A DNA stretch of 64,000 bases from an uncultured Candidatus Saccharibacteria bacterium (GCA_964615415.1 CAZTNI010000001.1:25290-89289); one strand, 5' to 3'; positions 29,421 to 38,159 are shown, counted from the first letter of the stretch. Notes: generated by a model not told the origin, from the letters alone. Made by a program: numbers and translations.

Positions 29421-30806
29421 ATGCAATTTGAAGATCTGAAACATGTACGTCGCCCCCTCTCGGGCAATGGCAAAGTAGTAGTACTCGACACCGGCGCGCT
29501 CATAACGCCAGAAGCAAGCGCTATGCTCCAAGCGCTCCACTCGCGCTCGATCGGCGGAGTCGACTCCCACCTCGTAAAGCTCGCACAAAAAGGTGCTAAA
29601 AACTTCATGGACACGTACTACGTGGGGTACGGCGATAAGTCTATTGGCGACTGTGGCACGACAACCATCTTCGTTGAAGGAGTGTCCATGCTCGTTGCGA
29701 AAGCGATCCAGGACTCCCAACTTTATAACGGGCAGGAATCTTCGACACGCTACATCGACTTTACCTTCCAACCATTTGCAAACCCTGCAGGCACGCAAAA
29801 AGGCGCAGAAACATTAGAGTCACTCCGCACGTTTTACCTCCACGGTTTAGACGTAATGAAAGCCGAGCTCGCCAAGCGCCACCCGAAAGGCGCCGAGGAA
29901 GACGAGAAGGTGTGGCAAAAAGCAATTAACGCCCGCGCATTCGACATCATGCGCTCGTTCCTCCCTGCAGGTGCCGCAACAAACCTCGCATGGCATACCG
30001 AGCTGCGTCATGCTGCAGACCAGCTTGCACGTCTACGTAACCACCCACTTCCGGAAGTACGTGAAGTCGCTGCAGCGGTTACCGAAGCGCTTGACGAAGC
30101 GTACCCGAGTTCGTTTAAACAAAAACGCTACCCTGCTACCGAGGAATACACCCACAAGTGGATGGAAAGCTCGTACTACTACAACGACAATCCAGGAAGC
30201 GGCGCGAGCCTTGCTTCGACCGTACTCCACGGCATTACGCTCGAGAGAAACGCTATAGACTACAACTTACTGCGTTCGTATAAAACAATTCTTGAAACAC
30301 GCCCCGTCAAAACCGAACCGCCGAAGTTTCTTGCAGAAGCTGGCACTATGCGCTTCTCCTTCTTGCTCGACTTCGGATCATTCCGCGACTTGCAGCGCCA
30401 CCGCTCGCTCGTGCAGCGCATGCCGCTTTTAACCGACAAGCGCGGGTTCCACTTGTGGTACCTCGAGCAGATGCCGGAAACACTCAAGCAGGAAGCTATT
30501 GGCTTCCTTGCTCGTTACAGCAATGCAGTTGATGCACTTAAGCTTTCGTCGGTACTCACGCAGTACTACATTCCGATGGGCTACCAGGTGAGCTTGCGTA
30601 TGACGGGAGACCTCCCTGCACTTATGTGGGTTGTGGAACTTCGCTCAGGTATTTCCGTCCACCCAACGCTCCGCATCGCTGCACAGCACATTGGACAGCT
30701 CATGCTTGAGCAGCTCGGCGGCGCAGGCTTAAAACTCTACATAGACGAAAGCGAAGACCGCTTTAACTACAAGCGCGGCACGCAAGACATAGTCGAGAAA
30801 CAGTAG
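29421..30806 (+). CDS. thyX: FAD-dependent thymidylate synthase, double-length form
   Basis: YYVGYGDKSIGD, QESSTRY, FDIMRSFLP in the N-half; FRDLQRHR and ELRS in the C-half; follows dcd. Confidence 0.85.
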   Translation: MQFEDLKHVRRPLSGNGKVVVLDTGALITPEASAMLQALHSRSIGGVDSHLVKLAQKGAKNFMDTYYVGYGDKSIGDCGTTTIFVEGVSMLVAKAIQDSQLYNGQESSTRYIDFTFQPFANPAGTQKGAETLESLRTFYLHGLDVMKAELAKRHPKGAEEDEKVWQKAINARAFDIMRSFLPAGAATNLAWHTELRHAADQLARLRNHPLPEVREVAAAVTEALDEAYPSSFKQKRYPATEEYTHKWMESSYYYNDNPGSGASLASTVLHGITLERNAIDYNLLRSYKTILETRPVKTEPPKFLAEAGTMRFSFLLDFGSFRDLQRHRSLVQRMPLLTDKRGFHLWYLEQMPETLKQEAIGFLARYSNAVDALKLSSVLTQYYIPMGYQVSLRMTGDLPALMWVVELRSGISVHPTLRIAAQHIGQLMLEQLGGAGLKLYIDESEDRFNYKRGTQDIVEKQ

Positions 30807-30807
30807 A

Positions 30808-30879
30808 AAGTAAAAAATAAAAGCCCGTGCTTTGGAGAGATATACCTCACTCCGACACACGGGCTTTTATTTTTTACTT
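30808..30879. terminator. Bidirectional terminator-like hairpin with conserved 20-nt core (copy 2)
   Basis: Perfect 22-bp inverted repeat 30808-30829/30858-30879 around GGAGAGATATACCTCACTCC (30834-30853), between convergent thyX and rplK. Confidence 0.8.
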
Positions 30880-30887
30880 CAGTTTAA

Positions 30888-31310
30888 TTATTTTACATCA
30901 ACACCCATTGAGCGGGCAGAACCAGCAACAACTTTCATTGCTTGCTCCATCGTGTGCGCATTGAGGTCTGGCATTTTGCGCTCTGCGATAGCCTGTACCT
31001 GCGCCTTTGTAAGCGTACCGATCTTTGCAGTATTTGGCTTACCACTTCCCTTCTCTTTACCGAGGGCCTTAAGGATAAGACCAGAAACCGGAGGAGTCTT
31101 GAGGATAAATGAGTAGGTGCGATCCTCGTATACAGAAATCTCTGCAGGGATCATGTCGCCACGCATGTCTTTAGATGCCTCGTTGAATTTCTTGATGAAT
31201 TCACCGATGTTGATGCCGGCAGGACCGAGCACCTGACCCATGGCAGGGGTCATAGCCGCAGCGCCACCCGCCGCAACAATCTTGATTTTCTTGACTATCT
31301 TCTTTGCCAT
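30888..31310 (-). CDS. rplK: 50S ribosomal protein L11
   Basis: LGPAGINIGEFIKKFN, KTPPVS, KMPDLNA, GSARSMG. Confidence 0.98.
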   Translation of the reverse strand: MAKKIVKKIKIVAAGGAAAMTPAMGQVLGPAGINIGEFIKKFNEASKDMRGDMIPAEISVYEDRTYSFILKTPPVSGLILKALGKEKGSGKPNTAKIGTLTKAQVQAIAERKMPDLNAHTMEQAMKVVAGSARSMGVDVK

Positions 31311-31328
31311 ATGCCGAGTGATATTACC

Positions 31329-31880
31329 TTATATACGTTTGATTTGCAAAAAGTCCAATTCTACCGGGGTTTCGCGGCCAAACATAGCCACAAGGACCTT
31401 TACCTTGCCACGACTCTCGTCCACTTCACCCACCTTACCATCGAGGTCTTTAAACGGACCATCGACAATAACAACCGAGTCTCCAACCGTAAGGTCAATA
31501 GCATGTTTTACTGAACCCTCTGCAGCCTGCATGCGGCCCAAGAGCTCATCCACCTCCTTTTGCTGGAGCGGCACTGGGTTTACACCAGAACCAACGAAAC
31601 CGGTTACGCGCGGCGTGTTGCGTACGACGAACCACGACTGGTCGTCTACGATCATCTCCACAAGCACGTAGCCTGGGTAGATCTTTTCATCTTCCTCGAC
31701 GCGGCGACCGCCTTTAATTTTGACCGTGTGTTCTGTTGGTACAACCACGTTGAAAATCTTCTCTTGAAGACCGAGAGATTCGATGCGCTGCTTCAGGTTG
31801 CGAGCAACTGCGTTTTCATACCCTGCATAGGTGTGAATCGCATACCATGCCCGACCGAGACTAGAGTCTTGTTTTGCCAT
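31329..31880 (-). CDS. nusG: Transcription elongation factor NusG
   Basis: WYAIHTYAGYE, YPGYVLV, RNTPRVTGFVG, KOW domain, FGRETPVEL. Confidence 0.98.
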   Translation of the reverse strand: MAKQDSSLGRAWYAIHTYAGYENAVARNLKQRIESLGLQEKIFNVVVPTEHTVKIKGGRRVEEDEKIYPGYVLVEMIVDDQSWFVVRNTPRVTGFVGSGVNPVPLQQKEVDELLGRMQAAEGSVKHAIDLTVGDSVVIVDGPFKDLDGKVGEVDESRGKVKVLVAMFGRETPVELDFLQIKRI

Positions 31881-31901
31881 AGCTACAATGAAAAAAGTGA
31901 A

Positions 31902-32072
31902 CTAAATAATGCGCTTAAGGATTGCTGAGAAGAGGTAGTCCAAAAGACCGAGGTATACCGCTACTGCGAGCGACAAACCGATAACAACAAGACTGTATGC
32001 GATTACTTGTGCACGAGTAGGCCACGATACATGCTTGAGCTCGCCCCGAACGTCTTTAATGTAGTTAAACAT
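31902..32072 (-). CDS. secE: Preprotein translocase subunit SecE
   Basis: Not in the ORF track (56 aa): MFNYIKDVRGELKHVSWPTRAQVIAYSLVVIGLSLAVAVYLGLLDYLFSAILKRII; secE-nusG-rplK order. Confidence 0.95.
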   Translation of the reverse strand: MFNYIKDVRGELKHVSWPTRAQVIAYSLVVIGLSLAVAVYLGLLDYLFSAILKRII

Positions 32073-32165
32073 AGGGTTATTTTTGCCTAAGAAAAAAGGC
32101 CTCGGCGGCCTTTATTTCTCCCCTATCGTACCCCTTGTTGAAGGGGGTTGTCAAGAGTGGGATAT

Positions 32166-32984
32166 TTAGCGAATTTCGTAGGTAACAGTAACGTATGAGG
32201 TGATTTTATTCTCTCCTGTTGAGATATCTGGAGCCTTAGACTGAGTTACTGCATTTTCAGCACCTCCCATGCCGTACGCTACATCACGAGCGTACATTGG
32301 CACTGGATAGCCACCAGTACTTTCGTTAAATGACACGACGCGTACCAAGTGCACCCCGAGTTGCTTCGCAAGGACATCTGCTTTTTCCTTTGCATCAGCG
32401 ATAGCCTTGTTGCGTGCTTCGTCCTGAACCATATTTGGGTCATCGAAGGTGAACGTAAGACTGCTTACTTCAGTTGCACCTTTTGTGCCAACTCCTGCAA
32501 GCAGGTCACCTGCTTTCGCAGTATCACGAACTTTCACGGTAGTAGTCTGGCGCACCTCGTAGCCGCGAAGTACCTGACGACCACCTGGACAGTACGTACC
32601 AACAGCACACGTTACAGTCTCGTAATCGTATTGCGGATAAATATTGTAGCCAGTAGTGCGGATGTCCTTTTCAGCAATACCTGCGTCTTTCAGGTACGCA
32701 GACACTGCGTTCATTTTCGTCGTTGCATCTTCTTGTGCAGCGGCGACTGTCGGCTTAAGCGACGTAACCGAGAATGTAAACTCTGCAATATCTGGCACAG
32801 CAAACATTTCCCCCTCCCCACTAATGGTGATCGTATTGGCCGGCATAACACCTGCTCCTACATAGCGAAGCTCCATCATGGCTGCAACACTGCGAATACC
32901 CAAAAACACGGCAAGGATCACTACGGTAGCAAAAATTGCCACGCGCAGTCGCGAGCCCTGAGTTCCTTCAAACAACGGATTCAT
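32166..32984 (-). CDS. SIMPL (DUF541) domain protein
   Basis: TM anchor; TITISGEG..FAVPDIA, DIRTTGYNIYPQY, AIADAKEKA..LA. Confidence 0.9.
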   Translation of the reverse strand: MNPLFEGTQGSRLRVAIFATVVILAVFLGIRSVAAMMELRYVGAGVMPANTITISGEGEMFAVPDIAEFTFSVTSLKPTVAAAQEDATTKMNAVSAYLKDAGIAEKDIRTTGYNIYPQYDYETVTCAVGTYCPGGRQVLRGYEVRQTTTVKVRDTAKAGDLLAGVGTKGATEVSSLTFTFDDPNMVQDEARNKAIADAKEKADVLAKQLGVHLVRVVSFNESTGGYPVPMYARDVAYGMGGAENAVTQSKAPDISTGENKITSYVTVTYEIR

Positions 32985-33020
32985 AGTTTATAAAACTAGT
33001 AAATAATTAATAACTCACTG

Positions 33021-33722
33021 TTACTGACGAGCTTGGACCTGTCTTATTACAGCCATAATGCTTTCGTACGGAAGTGCGCCAGAAATAGGCACCTGCACAC
33101 CATTACCCGCAACGATGGTGAAGGGTGTGCCTTGGCCACCATTTTGCATAGCATCCGCTGTTTCTGTATCTATTTTAGAACCAAATTTTTCACTCGAAAC
33201 ACAAGATGCAAACGTCTGTGCATTAGCACCAAACTGCGTTGCAAGCTGGGCGTAGTATGCAGGACTCATCTTGCCTTGGTTACTCATAACAGCGTCGGTG
33301 AATTTCCAAAAGCCGTTATTGCCAAGCTGGTCCGCGATACATTCTGCGGCGAGTGCCGAAGGACGCGCCTGCGGATGAATACTTTCGAGTGGGAAATTGC
33401 GGTGTACCCAGGCGATCTGTCCGTTTGATTCTTCAGCAATGCGCTTGAGTGTCGGATAAATGCGGGCGCAGTACGGACACTGAAAATCCGAGTATTCAAT
33501 AAGCATGATTGGCGCATCAGGAGAACCTACGATGTGGTCCTTGTCGGAGACAGGAGGCACATTAGTAGTTACCTGCTGTTCATTCGTGTTTACTGTAGGC
33601 ACTGCTCCTGCAGACGCCGGTCCTGGAAAATAATTTGTAAATAATATTGCAGCGGCGATCAGAGCACCCGAGGCAAGAATAGCCATAGCGGGAGAAAATT
33701 CTACTTTTTTTGTTTCTGGCAT
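33021..33722 (-). CDS. DsbA-family thiol-disulfide oxidoreductase
   Basis: IEYSDFQCPYC, NFPL, GTP cis-Pro loop, GALPY. Confidence 0.93.
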   Translation of the reverse strand: MPETKKVEFSPAMAILASGALIAAAILFTNYFPGPASAGAVPTVNTNEQQVTTNVPPVSDKDHIVGSPDAPIMLIEYSDFQCPYCARIYPTLKRIAEESNGQIAWVHRNFPLESIHPQARPSALAAECIADQLGNNGFWKFTDAVMSNQGKMSPAYYAQLATQFGANAQTFASCVSSEKFGSKIDTETADAMQNGGQGTPFTIVAGNGVQVPISGALPYESIMAVIRQVQARQ

Positions 33723-33747
33723 AGTACTTGTAGTGAGGATAATCGAA

Positions 33748-34188
33748 CTACTCAAGGCTACCGTCCTTCTTCTCTTTAAGCAAATCACGAATTTCTTCAA
33801 GCAAGCGCTCTTGTGCCGGCTTGTCGTGTGCAGGAACAGACTTCTCCCCTTCCCTAATCATGCGCTTACGTGCAGCAGAAAGGATTTTGAATACAATAAA
33901 GATCGAGAACGATACAAGAAGAAAGTTTATAAGCGCCTGAATAAACGAACCGTACTTTAGAACCACATCAGGCCGCACTGCAAACGAGAGCGTCTTAAAG
34001 TCCACGTTATTAGTAAGCAACCCAAGAAGCGGTGTGATCAAGTCTGCCACGAGCGAATTTACTACCGCAGTAAACGCAGTACCGATGATGACCGCAAATG
34101 CGAGCTCAAGCGCATTCCCTTTTACTGCAAAATTACGAAATTCTTTAAAAAACCCTTGTGTTGCTCCGATAATTTTTTCTTTTGCCAT
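33748..34188 (-). CDS. mscL: Large-conductance mechanosensitive channel
   Basis: FKEFRNFAVKGNALELAFAVIIG, YGSFIQALINF, LLEEIRDLL. Confidence 0.96.
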   Translation of the reverse strand: MAKEKIIGATQGFFKEFRNFAVKGNALELAFAVIIGTAFTAVVNSLVADLITPLLGLLTNNVDFKTLSFAVRPDVVLKYGSFIQALINFLLVSFSIFIVFKILSAARKRMIREGEKSVPAHDKPAQERLLEEIRDLLKEKKDGSLE

Positions 34189-34193
34189 TGTAA

Positions 34194-34667
34194 TTAGCGC
34201 TTGGTTTGCAAACGCTCAATATCGCCTAGTAATTTTTGTAATCGGTCTTGAATCTCAACAAGCGTGATTTCCTGCGCTATCCCCTTTTCGCGTAGCCGCT
34301 CTTCTTCAGTAATACCCTCAACATCTTCCTGAATTTCGTCGACATCCTCTTGAATCTCATCAACGTCTTCCTGAATTTCGTCGATATCTTCCTGGATCTC
34401 GTCGATATCGTGCTCAACCACCTCCAAACTCTCGGTCGTTTGGTTAATACTCATTTGGATAAAAATCGCGAGATAAATTGCCTCAAGCGACACCAAGGTA
34501 GTAAGCACAAGCAGCATGCGGTCAAAAGAAACAACATGGAAAAATGCTGCTCCAAAGCAGCTGACGAAAACCAAAGTATGAAACAAGATTGAAGATGGTG
34601 AACCTATCCACCGAGTCATGCGCGCAGATGCAGCATGTATCGCTTTTGACGTCCGACGTTCTCCCAT
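34194..34667 (-). CDS. DUF1003-like membrane protein with acidic heptad repeats
   Basis: WIGS, LLVLTTLVSLEAIYLAIFIQMS, then four (I/V)DEIQED repeats. Confidence 0.8.
   Translation of the reverse strand: MGERRTSKAIHAASARMTRWIGSPSSILFHTLVFVSCFGAAFFHVVSFDRMLLVLTTLVSLEAIYLAIFIQMSINQTTESLEVVEHDIDEIQEDIDEIQEDVDEIQEDVDEIQEDVEGITEEERLREKGIAQEITLVEIQDRLQKLLGDIERLQTKR
34321..34409. repeat. 21-bp tandem repeat (~4 copies) in CDS
   Basis: acatcttcctgaatttcgtcg-like units encoding DEIQED(V/I). Confidence 0.8.
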
Positions 34668-34709
34668 ACAAAAAATTGTAACACTAACGCACTTTCTTCC
34701 CTATCTTTG

Positions 34710-34782
34710 GGTGCCTACTGGGAATCGAACCCAGATTGCGAGTTCCACAAACTCGAGTGTTAACCGTTACACCATAGGCACC
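34710..34782 (-). tRNA. tRNA-His(GUG)
   Basis: Cloverleaf; anticodon arm CGAGT-TTGTGGA-ACTCG; encoded G-1 and C73. Confidence 0.95.
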
Positions 34783-34845
34783 ATATCTAGCACGCTCATG
34801 TTACAGCCGCGCACCATGTAGCTAACTATATATCAGAGTGCGCAC

Positions 34846-35841
34846 TTATGCGCCAGGCTCCGAAGAAGTTTCTTTTGGTTTAAATGGGTATGCACTGCCC
34901 GTAATAGGAGCAGGCTTGATAACAAGACTTAACACGACAGACGCCACCAACACGGTAAGCGTAATACTGAGTGACAACACGGTTGGGATCTTAAAGATAT
35001 CCATGAGCAGCATTTTTGTACCGATAAACCCGAGGATAATTGCAAGACCATAGGAGAGCAGGTGGAAGCGTTCATGTAAGCCTGCGAGCAAGAAATACAG
35101 AGCACGAAGTCCTAAAATCGCAAATATATTTGAGGTAAGCACAATGAACGGATCTGTGGTGACTGCGAAGATTGCAGGGATTGAATCGACCGCAAAGAGA
35201 ATGTCGACAAGACCTATCATAATAACCGCGGCAAGGAGCGGTGTCGCTGCTTTGGCACCATTGTGTAGGGTAAAAAATTTCTCCCCTTCTAGCTTTGGAG
35301 CAATTTTAAGCCCGCGCCGCAGGAGTTTCATTGCAACACTACTTTCCAAGTCGGGCTCTTTGCCGATAGAGCGCCAAATTTTGATACCCGTATAGACCAA
35401 GAATCCGCCGAATATGTAGAGCACCCAGTGAAATTCTGAAATGAGCCACGCGCCGACAAATATCATAATTGCGCGGAGTACGATCGCAAACAAAATACCG
35501 AACATAAGGAGCCGCTTTTGAAATTCTGCAGGCACCGCAAAGAACGTAAATACGAGCAAGAATACGAAAATATTATCGACAGCGAGCGCCTTTTCGATCA
35601 AGTAGCCGGTAATAAACTCGAGCGACTTCTGGTTTGCAATCGCCTGTGCTGCAGGGTCAGCGCTCGCGCCTCCTAAGTACCACCACAGCCACCCCACAAA
35701 CACGAAGGATAGGAAGACCCATGCCACAGACCATATCCCCGCTTCTTTAAGCGACACTTTGTGCGCCCCTTGTTTGCGCATGGCAAAAAAGTCGACACAA
35801 AGAGCAATCGTAACAAACACAATAAAGATTATCCAAACCAT
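34846..35841 (-). CDS. TerC/Alx-family metal homeostasis membrane protein
   Basis: GYLIEKALAVDNIFVF, DILFAVDSIPA, TSNIFAILGLRALYF. Confidence 0.93.
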   Translation of the reverse strand: MVWIIFIVFVTIALCVDFFAMRKQGAHKVSLKEAGIWSVAWVFLSFVFVGWLWWYLGGASADPAAQAIANQKSLEFITGYLIEKALAVDNIFVFLLVFTFFAVPAEFQKRLLMFGILFAIVLRAIMIFVGAWLISEFHWVLYIFGGFLVYTGIKIWRSIGKEPDLESSVAMKLLRRGLKIAPKLEGEKFFTLHNGAKAATPLLAAVIMIGLVDILFAVDSIPAIFAVTTDPFIVLTSNIFAILGLRALYFLLAGLHERFHLLSYGLAIILGFIGTKMLLMDIFKIPTVLSLSITLTVLVASVVLSLVIKPAPITGSAYPFKPKETSSEPGA

Positions 35842-35849
35842 ACAATGTG

Positions 35850-35934
35850 TGGTGCCCAGGAGAGGACTCGAACCTCCAAGCCTTGCGGCATATGCACCTC
35901 AAGCATACGCGTATACCAATTCCGCCACCTGGGC
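35850..35934 (-). tRNA. tRNA-Leu(GAG)
   Basis: GCCCAGG acceptor, TATGC-TTGAGGT-GCATA arm, long variable arm, encoded CCA. Confidence 0.96.
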
Positions 35935-35974
35935 ATGTAGAACACTATATACCAAAAAGCGCGTTGTCGCGCTT

Positions 35975-36403
35975 TTACTCCTGCACAGGAGCTGCTTCTG
36001 GAGCCGACGCAACTTCCTCTGAGGTTGAAGGAGTCTCGCGAGCCTCGACTGTCTCCTGCTTGCGCATCTGACGTTTTACATCGCGAGCAGCCTTGCGACG
36101 AATAAAGTACAGTTTTGAGCGGCGCGTACGAGTACGGCGCAACACTTCAACAGACTCGATTGCAGGAGAATAGAGCGGGAAGATTTTCTCTACCCCTACC
36201 CCGCTTGCAACGCGACGTACGGTAAACATTGCACCTGCTTCGGTGCCATGTTTAACCGCCAAAACAAGGCCCTCGAACGCCTGACGGCGGCTCTTGCCCT
36301 TCTCGACGATCTTCTGCCATACGCGGACAGTGTCGCCACTACGAAGCTCGAGCGCTGCGCGCTCCTTCATGTCGACTGGGGATGTTTTAACCGCTGATTT
36401 CAT
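35975..36403 (-). CDS. rplS: 50S ribosomal protein L19
   Basis: GDTVRVWQKIVE, QAFEGLV, FTVRRVASGVGVEKIFPLYSP, RRSKLYFIR. Confidence 0.98.
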   Translation of the reverse strand: MKSAVKTSPVDMKERAALELRSGDTVRVWQKIVEKGKSRRQAFEGLVLAVKHGTEAGAMFTVRRVASGVGVEKIFPLYSPAIESVEVLRRTRTRRSKLYFIRRKAARDVKRQMRKQETVEARETPSTSEEVASAPEAAPVQE

Positions 36404-36497
36404 GTGGAAACTACTTTAGCACGGAGACATACGTCTGTCTAGAAAATGGTCTGGCCCGAGAGGTTCCAAGCCGATACGGGAGAACCGAGGACCTTTT

Positions 36498-37232
36498 CTA
36501 GGCAGATGTTGTCGCAGATGATAAACGCTGCTCTGCCTCTACAAAATCTTTAGGCAACGGGGCCTCAAAAAGTACTTCCTCCCCTGTTTCCGGGTGCCTA
36601 AAGGTAAGCGAGAGCGCATGGAGTGCGAGGCGCTCAAAACCAAGGATAGCTGGCCGCCCTGGCGCATACATAGAGTCTGCAACGATAGGATGTTGGATAG
36701 AAGCAAAGTGTACACGGATCTGGTGTGTACGGCCTGTCTTTGGAAACACTTCTGTATATGACGCTTCTTTAGTGCGGGCAATAACCCGAAATGCGGTTTG
36801 TGCGTCTCGCAACGTACCCTTCGCATCGCGCTTTGCCGTACGTGGACCTTTTCCGCCTCGACCTGAACCGATTGGTTTGTCGATTATGCCGCGTTCATCT
36901 TTAAGCTCGCCGTAAACAAACGCGCGGTACGCTTTCTTCACTTCTCGATTTTGAAATTGCGCTTTAAGCACATCGAACGCTTCCTGTGTGCGTGCCGCCA
37001 CCAACACACCCGACGTTTCGCGGTCGATGCGGTGCACAATACCCGGACGCTCAATAAGCGAACCGTCTTGGAGTCGCTGCTCTTCCCCTACTCCCTTTAT
37101 TTCTGGATATTCGGCAACAAGCCAGTCGACAAGAGTCTTCCAGTCATGTTTACCGTCGGCATGTACAGCAAGACCTGCAGGTTTATTAAGTACCAAGATG
37201 GAATCGTCTGCGTAGATGACTGTCGGCTGCAT
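36498..37232 (-). CDS. RluA/RluD-family pseudouridine synthase
   Basis: NKPAGLAVH, VHRIDRETSG, TGRTHQIRVH, LALHA; start set at ATG 37232, downstream of tRNA-Val. Confidence 0.94.
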   Translation of the reverse strand: MQPTVIYADDSILVLNKPAGLAVHADGKHDWKTLVDWLVAEYPEIKGVGEEQRLQDGSLIERPGIVHRIDRETSGVLVAARTQEAFDVLKAQFQNREVKKAYRAFVYGELKDERGIIDKPIGSGRGGKGPRTAKRDAKGTLRDAQTAFRVIARTKEASYTEVFPKTGRTHQIRVHFASIQHPIVADSMYAPGRPAILGFERLALHALSLTFRHPETGEEVLFEAPLPKDFVEAEQRLSSATTSA

Positions 37233-37243
37233 TGTTTCTTTTG

Positions 37244-37316
37244 TGGGCGATACAGGACTCGAACCTGTGACCTTCTCTGTGTAAAAGAGTTGCTCTACCA
37301 ACTGAGCTAATCGCCC
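37244..37316 (-). tRNA. tRNA-Val(UAC)
   Basis: GGGCGAT acceptor, anticodon loop TTTACAC, GGTTCGAGTCC T-arm. Confidence 0.95.
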
Positions 37317-37345
37317 GTTCCATGCACAATACCAAGTTTATATCT

Positions 37346-37430
37346 GGGTCACAAGTCGAATTTTCTCGTCAGAAAATTCGCTCGCGACCCCGGCTCGCGG
37401 TTTCGCAAAACGCGAAACATCGCTACGCCC
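37346..37430 (-). repeat. Structured repeat element (family copy A) downstream of the tRNA-Arg(UCU) terminator
   Basis: Minus strand AGCG...CGCGAGCCGGGGTCGCGAGCGAATTTTCTGACGAGAAAATTCGACTTGTGACC; similar to 39741-39802. Confidence 0.65.
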
Positions 37431-37441
37431 GACCAACGTAT

Positions 37442-37472
37442 CAGAAAAACTGCCTCAAGGCAGTTCTTTCTG
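37442..37472. terminator. Terminator after tRNA-Arg(UCU)
   Basis: CAGAAAAACTGCC-TCAA-GGCAGTTCTTTCTG hairpin. Confidence 0.7.
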
Positions 37473-37476
37473 TCGT

Positions 37477-37551
37477 TGGTCCCCCCGGAGGGAATCGAAC
37501 CCCCATAACCGGCTTAGAAGTCCGGTGTTCTATCCATTGAACTACGAGGGG
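37477..37551 (-). tRNA. tRNA-Arg(UCU)
   Basis: CCCCTCG acceptor, CCGGA-CTTCTAA-GCCGG arm, encoded CCA; the first 10 nt overlap the upstream CDS. Confidence 0.93.
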
Positions 37552-38159
37552 AGGAGGTGCAAGTAGAGGGTACCATACGCAACAAAAATCGCGAGAACAA
37601 CGAACGCAAACCAGAGGAAATATTTATTTACAACGGCAATAATTTGCGGACCGAATTTATACGAAAAGTAGCCGACAATCCAGATGCGCGCCGCGCGTCC
37701 TAAAAACATACCCGCCGCATATCCAATAAACGAAATTCCTAAAAATCCGGCAAGATACGTAAACGGCTTGTCTGGCAATAACGTAAACGCGATAAAAAAC
37801 ATAACAAAGAAAATGTTCCCATCGAGCAGTTGCTGTGTTACCTGGTGCGCCTCCCCTGCTCCTGTCCACTGCAGGAGGGCCTCGCCAAAGCCCTTAAACA
37901 TGAACATGCCGATAAGGTAGCCGGTGATACCGCCAAGGAAGGTAAAGATAGTCGTGAGCACCATGTAGAATTTCCACTTCTCGCGACGCGCCAAAATCAT
38001 CGCAGTCATAAGCGCTTCCGGCACTATCGGAGAAATAAAAGGCTCGAGGTACGACAGAAAACACAGCCAAAAAATGCCGTGCGGACCCTGCGCACGCGCA
38101 GCAAACCACGCCCACGACTTTTCCTTAATAGTCGTGATGTGCTCGAAGATAACGTGCAT
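37542..38159 (-). CDS. YqaA/DedA (VTT-domain) membrane protein
   Basis: LSYLEPFISPIVPE, LGGITGYLIG, FTLLPDKPFTYLAG, GRAAR. Confidence 0.85.
   Translation of the reverse strand: MHVIFEHITTIKEKSWAWFAARAQGPHGIFWLCFLSYLEPFISPIVPEALMTAMILARREKWKFYMVLTTIFTFLGGITGYLIGMFMFKGFGEALLQWTGAGEAHQVTQQLLDGNIFFVMFFIAFTLLPDKPFTYLAGFLGISFIGYAAGMFLGRAARIWIVGYFSYKFGPQIIAVVNKYFLWFAFVVLAIFVAYGTLYLHLLPS

Noticed and set aside
34321-34409. Possible CRISPR array
   Set aside because: Contiguous in-frame coding repeats without spacers; no cas genes or repeat-spacer array seen anywhere in the window.
37233-37301. Extended starts of the RluA-family gene and ruvX (38943-39044)
   Set aside because: The extensions translate through tRNA-Val and tRNA-Ser; family homology starts at the downstream ATGs.
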